Positions 39,563 through 48,587 of a DNA stretch of 64,000 nucleotides are shown in pieces (positions within the stretch are counted from its first letter, which is position 1; every line of letters begins with the position of its first letter). This stretch comes from a virus: the IMG/VR virus record IMGVR_UViG_3300046808_001301; one strand, 5' to 3'. The notes beneath the pieces were generated by a model. The model had not been told where the DNA came from. It saw only the letters and a program-made list of their open reading frames with translations, and did no database searches. The translations under genes were made by a program, and so were the position numbers.

Positions 39563-40165
39563 ATGGGAATGTTTGACACAATTATTGTTAAAAAGGATCT
39601 TCCTCTTCCTGAGGAAATTAAGCATCTAAATATCGACTGGAAGTCATATCCTTTTCAGACCAAAGATCTGGAAAATTGTATGCTCGAGTACATCATCACA
39701 GAAGACAGCAAACTCGTTGAACACGTAGTTGAAAGAGAATACATCGAATATACTGACGAGGAGAAAAAACACAAAGATCACCGGAGATGGAATCTTTGGA
39801 AAGACGTGATTGTTAAAGGAGAAAGATACGAGAATGTTGACCATCATGGAACTATTGCGTTTTATGCGTACGAAGACTTTAACGAAACTCAGGATTTTTG
39901 GATAGACTTTAGGGCTTATTTTGTGTATGGAAAATTAGACAAAATCGAATTGCTTGAGTTTAAAAAGCAAAAGTCTCACAAAATTACCAATAAGGAAATT
40001 GACGAAAAACAAAAACAAAAACAAAAGCTGCCGTGGAACGTATTCAAGCGTTATGCCGCGTACGTTGGTTGGCGCTGGTTTTGGAATAAAGCTTCTCGGT
40101 GGTGTTACGAAGCGTCTCGAGTTACAAGCTCTATGCAAATGTTTATTATTAGACACATGCTATGA
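39563..40165 (+). CDS. Conserved phage hypothetical protein (MGMFD...FQTKDL type)
   Basis: Recognisable phage-family motif; lies in an operon. Confidence 0.7.
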   Translation: MGMFDTIIVKKDLPLPEEIKHLNIDWKSYPFQTKDLENCMLEYIITEDSKLVEHVVEREYIEYTDEEKKHKDHRRWNLWKDVIVKGERYENVDHHGTIAFYAYEDFNETQDFWIDFRAYFVYGKLDKIELLEFKKQKSHKITNKEIDEKQKQKQKLPWNVFKRYAAYVGWRWFWNKASRWCYEASRVTSSMQMFIIRHML

Positions 40166-40380
40166 AAGGCACACTAGAATTTAATCTTCCGGAAGATCAA
40201 GACGATTTTGATACAGCAACCAATGGCTGGAAGTATAGATCAGTTATTGATGACATAGACGGATTTCTTCGTAACAAATTAAAATACGACAATTTAACAC
40301 AAGAGCAATATGATGCTTATGACAAGGTTCGTACTGAGCTTTGGAACTTTATAAACGAACACAACATAGACATACACTAA
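40162..40380 (+). CDS. Hypothetical protein (MKGTLEFNLPED type)
   Basis: 4-nt overlap coupling with the upstream gene. Confidence 0.7.
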   Translation: MKGTLEFNLPEDQDDFDTATNGWKYRSVIDDIDGFLRNKLKYDNLTQEQYDAYDKVRTELWNFINEHNIDIH

Positions 40381-40381
40381 C

Positions 40382-40657
40382 ATGATTACAAAAACAATTC
40401 AAAGATCAGATGATCTCTACATTCAATTTACAAACGAAGAACTGACGTCACTCGGTATTGAGCCAGGAGAAAAATTGTCTTGGGAAATTAAGGACGATTC
40501 TGTAGTGCTTAAAAAACTAGCAACACTGGAAGTAGATATTTCAGAGTGGTCCAGAGACATTCTTGAAATGCTTATTGTTGAATCGGTTGAAAAGGACATT
40601 TCGGTTAACGATGTGATTGCTAATATACTAGAGGAACAGCTTAACAAGCTGTCTTAA
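40382..40657 (+). CDS. AbrB/MazE-like DNA-binding protein with a ribbon-helix-helix-like C-terminus
   Basis: LYIQF..E.L..LGIEPGEKLSWEIKDDSVVLKK followed by A/S...DISVND.I..IL. Confidence 0.65.
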   Translation: MITKTIQRSDDLYIQFTNEELTSLGIEPGEKLSWEIKDDSVVLKKLATLEVDISEWSRDILEMLIVESVEKDISVNDVIANILEEQLNKLS

Positions 40658-40665
40658 CGTACGTT

Positions 40666-41088
40666 TTGCGACAAACGATTAGAATTTCTTGGGAAGAATA
40701 TGCATTAAGAATTGCAGAAGTAGCGTCTTTGCGTAGTGAAGACAAGTTCGTTAAGGTAGGTAGTTGTGCATTAGATTCTTCAAATAGAGTGATTGGCGTA
40801 GCCTACAACGGTTTAGCTAGCGGAATAAAAGTCGATGACACATTCTGGAATGACAGAGATGCTCGAAGACCTTATATGATTCATGCAGAAGTTAATCTTC
40901 TTTCTTTATTTAAAAGAGGAGAGTGCAGTTTGTTAGCCTGCACTCTTTTGCCTTGTTCCTGTTGCGCGTCCATGATCGCTGCTTATGGAATTAAAAAGGT
41001 TGTATACAGAGATACCTATTTTAGAGACGATAAAGCGTTGGATATATTCAAGTTTAACAACATCTTATGTGAACAAATTACTTTTTAG
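40666..41088 (+). CDS. cd: dCMP deaminase
   Basis: RSED...KVG, YNG, IHAEVN, PCSCCA and GIKKVVY motifs. Confidence 0.92.
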   Translation: MRQTIRISWEEYALRIAEVASLRSEDKFVKVGSCALDSSNRVIGVAYNGLASGIKVDDTFWNDRDARRPYMIHAEVNLLSLFKRGECSLLACTLLPCSCCASMIAAYGIKKVVYRDTYFRDDKALDIFKFNNILCEQITF

Positions 41089-41121
41089 GTGTCATAATTT
41101 CAATAAATACAAGTAAGACAT

Positions 41122-41961
41122 ATGAATTTTCTTAACTACTTTACTGAAGCTAAATTTAGGGAAATACCTCTGTCTGTATCAAAAAAAGCTCGCAAAATTG
41201 CACAGTTGTATGCAAGTGATTATCGAAATTTTAACAAACAAGAGCTTGCGATATACGCTAAAAGAATTACAGATCCTTCGTGGATAGATTATTTGGAAGA
41301 TCCAGGATACACTCACTTAGCGCTAATGACGACCGTTTCTATTTTGGATCTTGAAACGAATAAAAACAAAAAAATAGAAGTATATGTAATTTACGGTAAT
41401 CCTAAAAATTCTAAAAATTTGGACGACATGGCCGAATATAATGACGCTAATCGCACCATATTTTTGTATGATTATCGATGCAAGTCATTAAGTTTAGTGG
41501 ACCTGGAAGCAACTATTCTTCATGAATTTACGCACGGATTTCAGCAATACAAAAATCTTCCAGCACAAGAAGACGATGAACCTGCAGAAGAGCAACATGA
41601 ATTTGACTACTATCTTTCTCCAGAAGAAGTAGATGCTTATTTGACTGAGTTGGCTTACAGAATTCGCCTTGAGCATTCTAATTTAATAACTCTTCTTAAG
41701 AAACCCAGTGTCTCTTCTAAGGCAAGCAATTTAAAAAAGCTCAATAAATTTTTACTTGAACTTAAAGTTTTTATTCAGTCGCCGCTAGATACATATTTTG
41801 TATATAGAGAACTGCCTTTGCCTAAAACAATAAAACAATCAGAAGAATTTCTCGAAACGATTGCAAATTTTACTCCTTACTGGAACAAATTTAAAACAAA
41901 GATGACAAAACTTTATAACGAATTAATTAATTCAAGTAAAGATTTTTATGAACAACAATGA
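41122..41961 (+). CDS. Zincin-like metalloprotease (HExxH), probable virion protein
   Basis: ILHEFTHGFQ...YYLSPEEVDAY; N-terminus MNFLNYFTEA; TAAATA upstream. Confidence 0.7.
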   Translation: MNFLNYFTEAKFREIPLSVSKKARKIAQLYASDYRNFNKQELAIYAKRITDPSWIDYLEDPGYTHLALMTTVSILDLETNKNKKIEVYVIYGNPKNSKNLDDMAEYNDANRTIFLYDYRCKSLSLVDLEATILHEFTHGFQQYKNLPAQEDDEPAEEQHEFDYYLSPEEVDAYLTELAYRIRLEHSNLITLLKKPSVSSKASNLKKLNKFLLELKVFIQSPLDTYFVYRELPLPKTIKQSEEFLETIANFTPYWNKFKTKMTKLYNELINSSKDFYEQQ

Positions 41962-42055
41962 CGATAAAGCTGACTTGTTCGACAAGATTTGTTGGACACT
42001 ATTGTTAATAGGAGTTATATACACAGTAGTATATAGCACATCTAAGCTACTTTAG
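41948..42055 (+). CDS. 35-aa single-pass membrane microprotein
   Basis: Translated by hand: MNNNDDKADLFDKICWTLLLIGVIYTVVYSTSKLL. Confidence 0.4.
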   Translation: MNNNDDKADLFDKICWTLLLIGVIYTVVYSTSKLL

Positions 42056-42098
42056 TATAAGCGTTGACTCTTTCATTATTTTATTGTAATATGAAATA

Positions 42099-42788
42099 AT
42101 GCTAAGCAATTTGCCGTTAATTTTTTTGGGAGATCATCATGGAAATTGGTCTGATTTATTTTATCTAATTGATAAAAACAACATTTCTAATTGTAATCTA
42201 ATTAGCGTAGGAGATAGTGGCATTGGCTTTGAATACAAGACAAGACAACTTCAGACAATTAACCGTCTGAACAAAGTATTTGAAGAAAAAAATATTTATT
42301 TTAAAGCTATTCGTGGCAACCATGACGATCCAGCTTACTTTAAAGGGGATGATAGAATTGCTTTAAAACACTTCGAGTTAATTGAAGATTATTCTGTTTG
42401 GGAATACAATTCTAAAAGTATTCAATTTATTGGAGGTGCTGTATCAATTGACAGAACGGGCCGAGCGCCCAACGTGTCTTATTGGCTTGATGAAGGAGTA
42501 ATTTTCAATAAAAATGCATGCAAAAAAGTAGATATTTTAGTCACTCACACTGCTCCTTCAGTTTGTTTTCCGCAATCTTTCAACGAAATGGTATATGGTT
42601 GGGCTAGAGAAGATGCATATTTAATTGAAGATCTTAATGATGAGCGTTCTGTCATGAATGAAATACTCAAGCTTTGTGATCCAGAGTACCATTTTTATGG
42701 CCACTTTCATTCATCTTGGAGTGAACAAATAAATGGATGTCGACATCGTTTGCTTGCAATCAACGAATTATACGAATTTAATAATTAA
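42099..42788 (+). CDS. Calcineurin-like metallophosphoesterase
   Basis: GDHHG, VGD, RGNHD, THTAP and GHFH motifs; promoter TTGACT-N17-TAATAT at 42064-42092. Confidence 0.9.
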   Translation: MLSNLPLIFLGDHHGNWSDLFYLIDKNNISNCNLISVGDSGIGFEYKTRQLQTINRLNKVFEEKNIYFKAIRGNHDDPAYFKGDDRIALKHFELIEDYSVWEYNSKSIQFIGGAVSIDRTGRAPNVSYWLDEGVIFNKNACKKVDILVTHTAPSVCFPQSFNEMVYGWAREDAYLIEDLNDERSVMNEILKLCDPEYHFYGHFHSSWSEQINGCRHRLLAINELYEFNN

Positions 42789-42795
42789 ACGTTCA

Positions 42796-42876
42796 ATGAA
42801 AACAATTAACAAACAAATTCTAGCTTTTTTTGTTTTATTTTTATTAATTGTAGTTACATGGTATTTGAATCGTTGA
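42796..42876 (+). CDS. 26-aa membrane microprotein
   Basis: MKTINKQILAFFVLFLLIVVTWYLNR fills the intergenic gap. Confidence 0.35.
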   Translation: MKTINKQILAFFVLFLLIVVTWYLNR

Positions 42877-42906
42877 CCTTTTAATATAATTTAAGATAAT
42901 ACAAAT

Positions 42907-43488
42907 ATGACTGATGAACTCGAAATGACGCTCGTAGCTAAGTATCCAAAGCTTTTTAAGAACTATAAAGGCGACCCGATGGCTACCTGCATGGCTTGGG
43001 GAATGGAATGTTGTGATGGTTGGTACAAAATTCTAGATCATCTCTTTGGATATCTTACAGACACAATGGAACGAAAGTTTGCTATAGAGTATACGCAAGA
43101 ATATCAAGACAAGCACAAAAACAACAAGGATTTCTACACAAACTTTTGTTCTCACAAAATTCTTCCACCACAAATTGTTCTCGATCAAGTAAAAGAAAAA
43201 TACGGAACTCTTCGCGTTTATTATTCATTGAATACTGAAGAGATTCCCGAAGAACTTTGGGCCATTTTAGATCACCAAGACTACAATAAAAAGATAGAAA
43301 GGTACTATAATGTTATTGATAACGCAATTGATTATGCAGAGTATCAATCAGGAGTTACATGCGAAGTAACAGGAAAAGACGGCAAGCTTTATACAAAAGG
43401 ATGGCACAAAGTGCTCTGCGATGAAGAAGCAATTGCAACAGGTAGAGATCCAAAAGACGGAGAAAAAATAAAATACATAAATGTATAA
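42907..43488 (+). CDS. Conserved phage hypothetical protein (QVKEKYGTLR type)
   Basis: ECCDGW, QVKEKYGTLRVY and S..TCE.TG...GW...LC motifs. Confidence 0.75.
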   Translation: MTDELEMTLVAKYPKLFKNYKGDPMATCMAWGMECCDGWYKILDHLFGYLTDTMERKFAIEYTQEYQDKHKNNKDFYTNFCSHKILPPQIVLDQVKEKYGTLRVYYSLNTEEIPEELWAILDHQDYNKKIERYYNVIDNAIDYAEYQSGVTCEVTGKDGKLYTKGWHKVLCDEEAIATGRDPKDGEKIKYINV

Positions 43489-43915
43489 AACTTTATTTAA
43501 ACAAAACAAAAACGTTTTAATAGGCTTAGTCACAGCCATGGTGCTGTTTGGAAGCCTGGCTGCTTTTAGATACTTTATTGAAAAGCAATCAACACATTCT
43601 TCTCTTGATATGAATATGTTGAATCAGTTGGTGGAAGAAGAAATCAACGGATCTCCAACAATGTATCATTTTGTTTTTATAGGAGGATGTGAGCACCAAT
43701 TGTATGTTAACGGTATAGAGGCAGAACAACTGACAGATTCTCAGCGTCGCGACGTGCTAAATTACTTGACAAGTAAAATAAACAGCAACTTTACGAAAGG
43801 AAACATAGACCTACACGACGTAGTTTCGTTTTTTCCATACAGTTCGTATGAAGCAGATGACAAAAAACCAACAGATTGTGGAAAAATTTGGTACAAGACA
43901 ACTTGGGACCTTTAG
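43481..43915 (+). CDS. Hypothetical membrane-anchored protein
   Basis: N-terminal hydrophobic helix. Confidence 0.55.
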   Translation: MYKTLFKQNKNVLIGLVTAMVLFGSLAAFRYFIEKQSTHSSLDMNMLNQLVEEEINGSPTMYHFVFIGGCEHQLYVNGIEAEQLTDSQRRDVLNYLTSKINSNFTKGNIDLHDVVSFFPYSSYEADDKKPTDCGKIWYKTTWDL

Positions 43916-44166
43916 CGTTCTAAAGCTCGAATCCTAGCTTCATGGTCAGTTAGCATGTGATCATGTCTTTTATCGGTCTCTGCTCCACTTTCCATTCTAA
44001 TCAATATCTGTTCAATCTTTTCAACTCTCGAAAAGATTTTTTCCGCATGAGCCTGAAACTCATTTTTTCCCACAAACTGCGTTTGCATATAAGCCATAAA
44101 CAATACAGCAAATGGCGTTATATACTTCCAGTAATTCTCAATAAACTTGATTAATTCTCTATTCAT
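43912..44166 (-). CDS. Small TM + coiled-coil protein (holin/XhlA-like)
   Basis: One TM segment then RVEKIEQIL...HEARIRALE coiled coil. Confidence 0.55.
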   Translation of the reverse strand: MNRELIKFIENYWKYITPFAVLFMAYMQTQFVGKNEFQAHAEKIFSRVEKIEQILIRMESGAETDKRHDHMLTDHEARIRALER

Positions 44167-44387
44167 TTTGAGTGAGATTGGGTTGAAATTTTTGGTTCTT
44201 GTTTAGCATCAACAAGCTTGTGAATCAACTCTTCGACTTTATCCAATCTTTGAAATAATTCGGTTTTAATAGCATTATATTCATCTTGATGAACATAATC
44301 TTTGTGCGTTGAAATAATAAAAACTATTACAGCCACTGGTATAATAGCATTAAAAAAAGTAAATATACGATCGAACACACTTTTCAT
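44163..44387 (-). CDS. Small TM + coiled-coil protein, paralog of the downstream gene
   Basis: YVHQDEY...FQRLDKVEEL aligns with FVGKNEF...FSRVEKIEQI; TAAGTA upstream. Confidence 0.55.
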   Translation of the reverse strand: MKSVFDRIFTFFNAIIPVAVIVFIISTHKDYVHQDEYNAIKTELFQRLDKVEELIHKLVDAKQEPKISTQSHSK

Positions 44388-44414
44388 TTCACATATTACT
44401 TATTAAATTTTCGT

Positions 44415-44442
44415 TTGACTTTTGTTTGTTGTTCTGTATATT
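44415..44442 (+). promoter_or_regulatory. Promoter TTGACT-N16-TATATT
   Basis: Consensus boxes upstream of ORF 44455. Confidence 0.65.
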
Positions 44443-44454
44443 TGTGTCCACTAA

Positions 44455-44832
44455 ATGAACAAAAGCATCAACATTGAAACAGCAATCTCACTTGTCAACA
44501 AACGAGGAACAACATTTGAAACGATGTGTAGCTTCATTTACGAAGACGTGAAACAATTTCAACAAACTCGAGAAGAGTACTACTTAAAAGAACTAAAAGA
44601 CAATTTCGAGGGACCTATTGATCCAAAACAAATCGAAAAGCTAGCTAACGATCAAACCGACATTATAGCAAAAAAAATTCAAAAAGATCTTGCAAAGTTT
44701 TGCGTTAATTACGCTGAACAATCAATCGACGATGTCCTTGATGCAATGAACGCCAAGAGATTTAAATATAAAACCGGCTCAAGGAATTTGCTAGTAATAT
44801 TAAGCTCGATGAAAGAGCTTCACGAAAGTTAA
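44455..44832 (+). CDS. Hypothetical protein
   Basis: ORF after the promoter. Confidence 0.65.
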   Translation: MNKSINIETAISLVNKRGTTFETMCSFIYEDVKQFQQTREEYYLKELKDNFEGPIDPKQIEKLANDQTDIIAKKIQKDLAKFCVNYAEQSIDDVLDAMNAKRFKYKTGSRNLLVILSSMKELHES

Positions 44833-44834
44833 AA

Positions 44835-45281
44835 TTATCTTAAGGATCTAGCGACTCCAGCAAGATTGTCCATTGCTATTGCGAGCTTCTGTTGCTGCCA
44901 TGGTTCTAAGTGTCCTCCGCTAGCGCAACATTTAGCAATTTTCATAATACTTTCTCTAATAGAATTTAAATTATCAATCGACATACTGTCTTCTTCGCTC
45001 TCATCTTCAACATCGAGACGGTCATCTCCCATTCCTGAGCTCATGTCGCTCATATCATCAGATGGCATGCCCGAATCCAGTCCCATTTCGTCTCCAAGTC
45101 CAGAAGCTTCTGGTCCAGTCATTAGCGTATCGGTACCAGGAGCAGGTTCGTCCATAGGTCCGGAACCAACTACTTCATTAGGTTCAGTTGAAATTGTTTC
45201 TTCATCGGAAGGAACAGAAGGCATCTTTTGAGAGATTGAAAGATACGCTTTTTCGAGTAAAACAGAATCGTTGTGGGACAT
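44835..45281 (-). CDS. Acidic protein, probable head/internal protein
   Basis: TAAATA 6 nt upstream; LEPWQQQKLAIA motif resembles T4-like virion proteins. Confidence 0.6.
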   Translation of the reverse strand: MSHNDSVLLEKAYLSISQKMPSVPSDEETISTEPNEVVGSGPMDEPAPGTDTLMTGPEASGLGDEMGLDSGMPSDDMSDMSSGMGDDRLDVEDESEEDSMSIDNLNSIRESIMKIAKCCASGGHLEPWQQQKLAIAMDNLAGVARSLR

Positions 45282-45321
45282 ATTATTTATTTATCAATTA
45301 AGGTTGAATTTAATAGCTTGT

Positions 45322-46731
45322 CTACCAAACAGACACTCTATCGTTAGAAGCAGCTCTTAAGCTACAAGAGTGGCCTGGAGGTAATTGTATGAACGCTGTC
45401 GATAAAGATCTAGTATTGCTTCTCCATGCTGAACCGTTTCTTACAAAAACAGTTGGAGAACTTGTTATAGTTATCATGTTTGTACTCGCATTAGTTAGCG
45501 TGTAGCTTAATCCTCTAACTCCTCCAATAAACGAGCTAATCACCACATCAGAAGAAGTAGCTAGTTCTAAATCAGACCTAACTAACACTTCTCCGTTAAC
45601 TGGGTTTATAGTTACGTTTACCAGCTGAGTCGTAGCGCTGGCTGTAATCGTAGCAGTATTCCATCCTTGTATGGCTGTTATAACCTCAACGTTTAAGACA
45701 GGAGTATATATATGCTTAGCGGACAAAGAGCTAATTGTTAAAGAGCCAGCACTTAAAGCAGAAATTTTTGCTGAAATTGCGCTTAATGAAGAAACTCCAA
45801 TGTTAGAAGCACTTAATAGAGTAGCGCTCAGTAAAGGAGCGACGACTCTGTTTGATGCAACTATGGATCCAGCGTTTATATTGGATACTGATACAGAGTT
45901 TCCATACAAATTTCCTGTCGCTGACAAATTACCTAATACAGTCAATGCTTCAGGCGGGGCTAAAATTGGACCTATAGCAACGTTACCGTTTGAAGCAACC
46001 ACAATAGATTGATAAGCTTGAGTTTCTATTGTAAAAGCAGGACCTGTTGGAGATATGTGCTTATTTTTTAATAAAACGGAATGGTTTGAGTTTGTATACT
46101 GAATTAAACAACCATCGCTTTCAGATACAGGACCAGCTAAATTTAAGATAGTTCTACCTAACTCATATGTATTTTGGATACGAAACTCAACTTCAGGAGT
46201 GCTTCCTTCTCTTTTTAAATGAAGGTCAGCATAGGGAGTATATGTGCCCAGTCCTACCTTGCCATTGTCATCAAATATAATATCCTCGCCATTAGAGTCA
46301 ATGAAGTGAGCAATAGGTTGGAATCCAGACTGTTCAACTCTTAAGGCAGGACCTGACCCTGAGTTTGTAATGTCTACCGCTGACGTGATGTGAACAACCG
46401 TATCAATTTGAGAGGTTTCTCCTTGAACAAAAAGATTGCCATTGATTGTCAAATTGTTTTCAACAATTAAGTCGTTAGAAACGCTTAAATTGTGATCTAC
46501 AAATGCGTCATGTCCAACACTTAAGTCCTGTCCAACGATTGCGTGCTGAGTAGCAGAAACTGATTTTGTAGTTATAATATCACCATGAGTATAAAATTCT
46601 CCTTTAAAAGGAGATTCAAATGAAGCAATTGGATCATACCCTGCATCAGGATATTTTGGATTACGAGCTTGTTCCGGACGCAGAGAATGGTGATCAAATC
46701 TATGATTTTTTTGGTGAAGCCTATTGCTCAT
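45322..46731 (-). CDS. Tail fibre / beta-helical virion structural protein
   Basis: GKVGLGT.TP...LH and GNVAIG...P...LTV.GN fibre repeats; LSA repeats; TAAATA upstream. Confidence 0.7.
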   Translation of the reverse strand: MSNRLHQKNHRFDHHSLRPEQARNPKYPDAGYDPIASFESPFKGEFYTHGDIITTKSVSATQHAIVGQDLSVGHDAFVDHNLSVSNDLIVENNLTINGNLFVQGETSQIDTVVHITSAVDITNSGSGPALRVEQSGFQPIAHFIDSNGEDIIFDDNGKVGLGTYTPYADLHLKREGSTPEVEFRIQNTYELGRTILNLAGPVSESDGCLIQYTNSNHSVLLKNKHISPTGPAFTIETQAYQSIVVASNGNVAIGPILAPPEALTVLGNLSATGNLYGNSVSVSNINAGSIVASNRVVAPLLSATLLSASNIGVSSLSAISAKISALSAGSLTISSLSAKHIYTPVLNVEVITAIQGWNTATITASATTQLVNVTINPVNGEVLVRSDLELATSSDVVISSFIGGVRGLSYTLTNASTNMITITSSPTVFVRNGSAWRSNTRSLSTAFIQLPPGHSCSLRAASNDRVSVW

Positions 46732-46744
46732 TTGATATTATTAT

Positions 46745-46921
46745 TTAATCAAACAGAGTTTTGAAAACCCGTAAGTCAATGTCTTCCAATTGAGCAATTA
46801 ATAATTCCAAAGCTACTTCACATTCTTCTGTTGTGGAAAAGCTATTAGCAAACACATCTAAAATGTTATGCTCTATTAAATCTTCAACAATTGCTTCTAT
46901 TTCGTGACGTTTTGAATACAT
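46745..46921 (-). CDS. 58-aa acidic protein (not in ORF track)
   Basis: MYSKRHEIEAIVEDLIEHNILDVFANSFSTTEECEVALELLIAQLEDIDLRVFKTLFD; TAATTA upstream. Confidence 0.5.
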   Translation of the reverse strand: MYSKRHEIEAIVEDLIEHNILDVFANSFSTTEECEVALELLIAQLEDIDLRVFKTLFD

Positions 46922-46949
46922 AAGTTTTGTGTAATTATCTTATTTGCGA

Positions 46950-46957
46950 TATAAATA
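46950..46957 (+). promoter_or_regulatory. T4-type late promoter TATAAATA
   Basis: Exact T4 late consensus upstream of the baseplate genes. Confidence 0.65.
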
Positions 46958-46981
46958 ACCTTGTGAAAGGAATTTTTATTT

Positions 46982-48574
46982 ATGGCAGTTAAACCAACAG
47001 AAGTAGGAGGAACTTTCAACGCAGCAGCAGCCAAAGCAAAACAGCAACAATTAGTGTCCGCTCGAGGACAAGAGGTAGCTAAAGCAGCTGCGGCTCCTAA
47101 GTCCCAATCCGTAGGAACGTCGTACACGAATAGCGCTTTAACTCAAGAAAAAGTGCTAGTTATGACCGCTAAAAATAAAGCAATTGGAGATTACTTAGGG
47201 GCGACCTTACTCGGAACTGCTCAAACAACACCAAATTCTTTTCAAGGCCCGGGAGCATCAAATGCTCAAACAAAGCCCATTGACCGTTATACTAAAAATG
47301 TTCTTCAAACAATTTTTTCTCCAGAAGTTGCTGCTACACAACAATCAAGTGCAGCAACAGATTCTAAAATTGAAGCAATTTCCAAATCAGCTCCTGCTCA
47401 AGCTTCAGGCTCCCCAAAAGAAGACGTTCATGATAAGGCTGGACTAAAAGAAGATTTAAATAAACTACTTCAGCCTGTTTCTTCGTTTACAGGATCTACC
47501 TTAGGAGCTCTCCCAAATTTAGCCTCAACGCCTTTAGGATCAACGGCTCCTCTTGGAGGAGGCAACATGGCCAATGTTATAGACAAAGTAAATCCTAATT
47601 TAACAAACCAACTTGATGCTTTTGTAAAACAACACAAATCATCCGAACTGGCTCAGTTGCCAGCATCGATGATGGGAAGTGTGCAAAAACTAGCAACAGC
47701 TGCATCTGCTGGATTGGCTGTACCAACAAATTTAGCTCAAGATTTGTACGGCGGCATCATGAAAATTCAGGATCAAATTTCGAAACTGACAGACAAAGCT
47801 CAAGCTCTAGTACAACAAGTATTTTTAGGAGCACAAGGAGTAATTGATCAAGTTATTCCTCCAGCTATAATGAAACAAGTTACTTCAGCAGTTGGTGGAC
47901 TAAATTTGTCAATGGGACAGCTAACTCAATTAGCTGGAGGGTTTGGAGTAACAGCTAATCTTACATCTCAATTGACAAACTTTACTTCGCAAGCTCAATC
48001 AGCGTTAAGTGATCCTATGAGTTTAGCCAATTCATATCTTCCTCAAATGGGCGGACTAACATCTTCGTTAAACTCTTTGCAATCAGGAAGCATTTCCGGA
48101 GTAGCTCAACAAGCCATGAGCAAATTTGGAGGAAATCTAAAAGGAGTATCTTCTATAACTCAAACCCTTGGTAATATAGGAGGACCGACAAATAAATTAG
48201 GTGACGCTTTATCAATTCTTCGGGATGGTTCTCAAATGGTGTCAAAATTAGTACCTCCTCAGTTGTTGTCTCAAATGGGAAAAATATCTCAAATGCCTGG
48301 GCTAGGATCGGTTGGAAATTTGGGTTATGGATTAGGTCCAGTTCTCGAAAGCATAAAGCCTGCAGCAATTTCTCAAACGCTTTCTCAATTTTCAGCTCAA
48401 GCTGCAATACTCGGTCCGCTATTAAACATTCAAAATGCTCCTCCTCTTTATCCAACAGACGCTCCTAGAGAAGTCGCAATAAAAACAGCAGCAGTTAATC
48501 CAGGCATTCCAACTGCTCACGGAGTGCCTTTGCAAACAACTCCAAGGCTGGCAATTTTTGAGCAAATGTCGTAA
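46982..48574 (+). CDS. Ala/Gln/Gly/Ser-rich structural protein (baseplate/tail-associated)
   Basis: Amphipathic low-complexity helices; late promoter; lies upstream of the gp5-like gene. Confidence 0.55.
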   Translation: MAVKPTEVGGTFNAAAAKAKQQQLVSARGQEVAKAAAAPKSQSVGTSYTNSALTQEKVLVMTAKNKAIGDYLGATLLGTAQTTPNSFQGPGASNAQTKPIDRYTKNVLQTIFSPEVAATQQSSAATDSKIEAISKSAPAQASGSPKEDVHDKAGLKEDLNKLLQPVSSFTGSTLGALPNLASTPLGSTAPLGGGNMANVIDKVNPNLTNQLDAFVKQHKSSELAQLPASMMGSVQKLATAASAGLAVPTNLAQDLYGGIMKIQDQISKLTDKAQALVQQVFLGAQGVIDQVIPPAIMKQVTSAVGGLNLSMGQLTQLAGGFGVTANLTSQLTNFTSQAQSALSDPMSLANSYLPQMGGLTSSLNSLQSGSISGVAQQAMSKFGGNLKGVSSITQTLGNIGGPTNKLGDALSILRDGSQMVSKLVPPQLLSQMGKISQMPGLGSVGNLGYGLGPVLESIKPAAISQTLSQFSAQAAILGPLLNIQNAPPLYPTDAPREVAIKTAAVNPGIPTAHGVPLQTTPRLAIFEQMS

Positions 48575-48587
48575 TTAATAGTTAAAA

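Noticed and set aside
40382-41088. Toxin-antitoxin pair (MazE-like gene plus downstream gene)
   Set aside because: The downstream gene is a clear dCMP deaminase and no toxin is adjacent.
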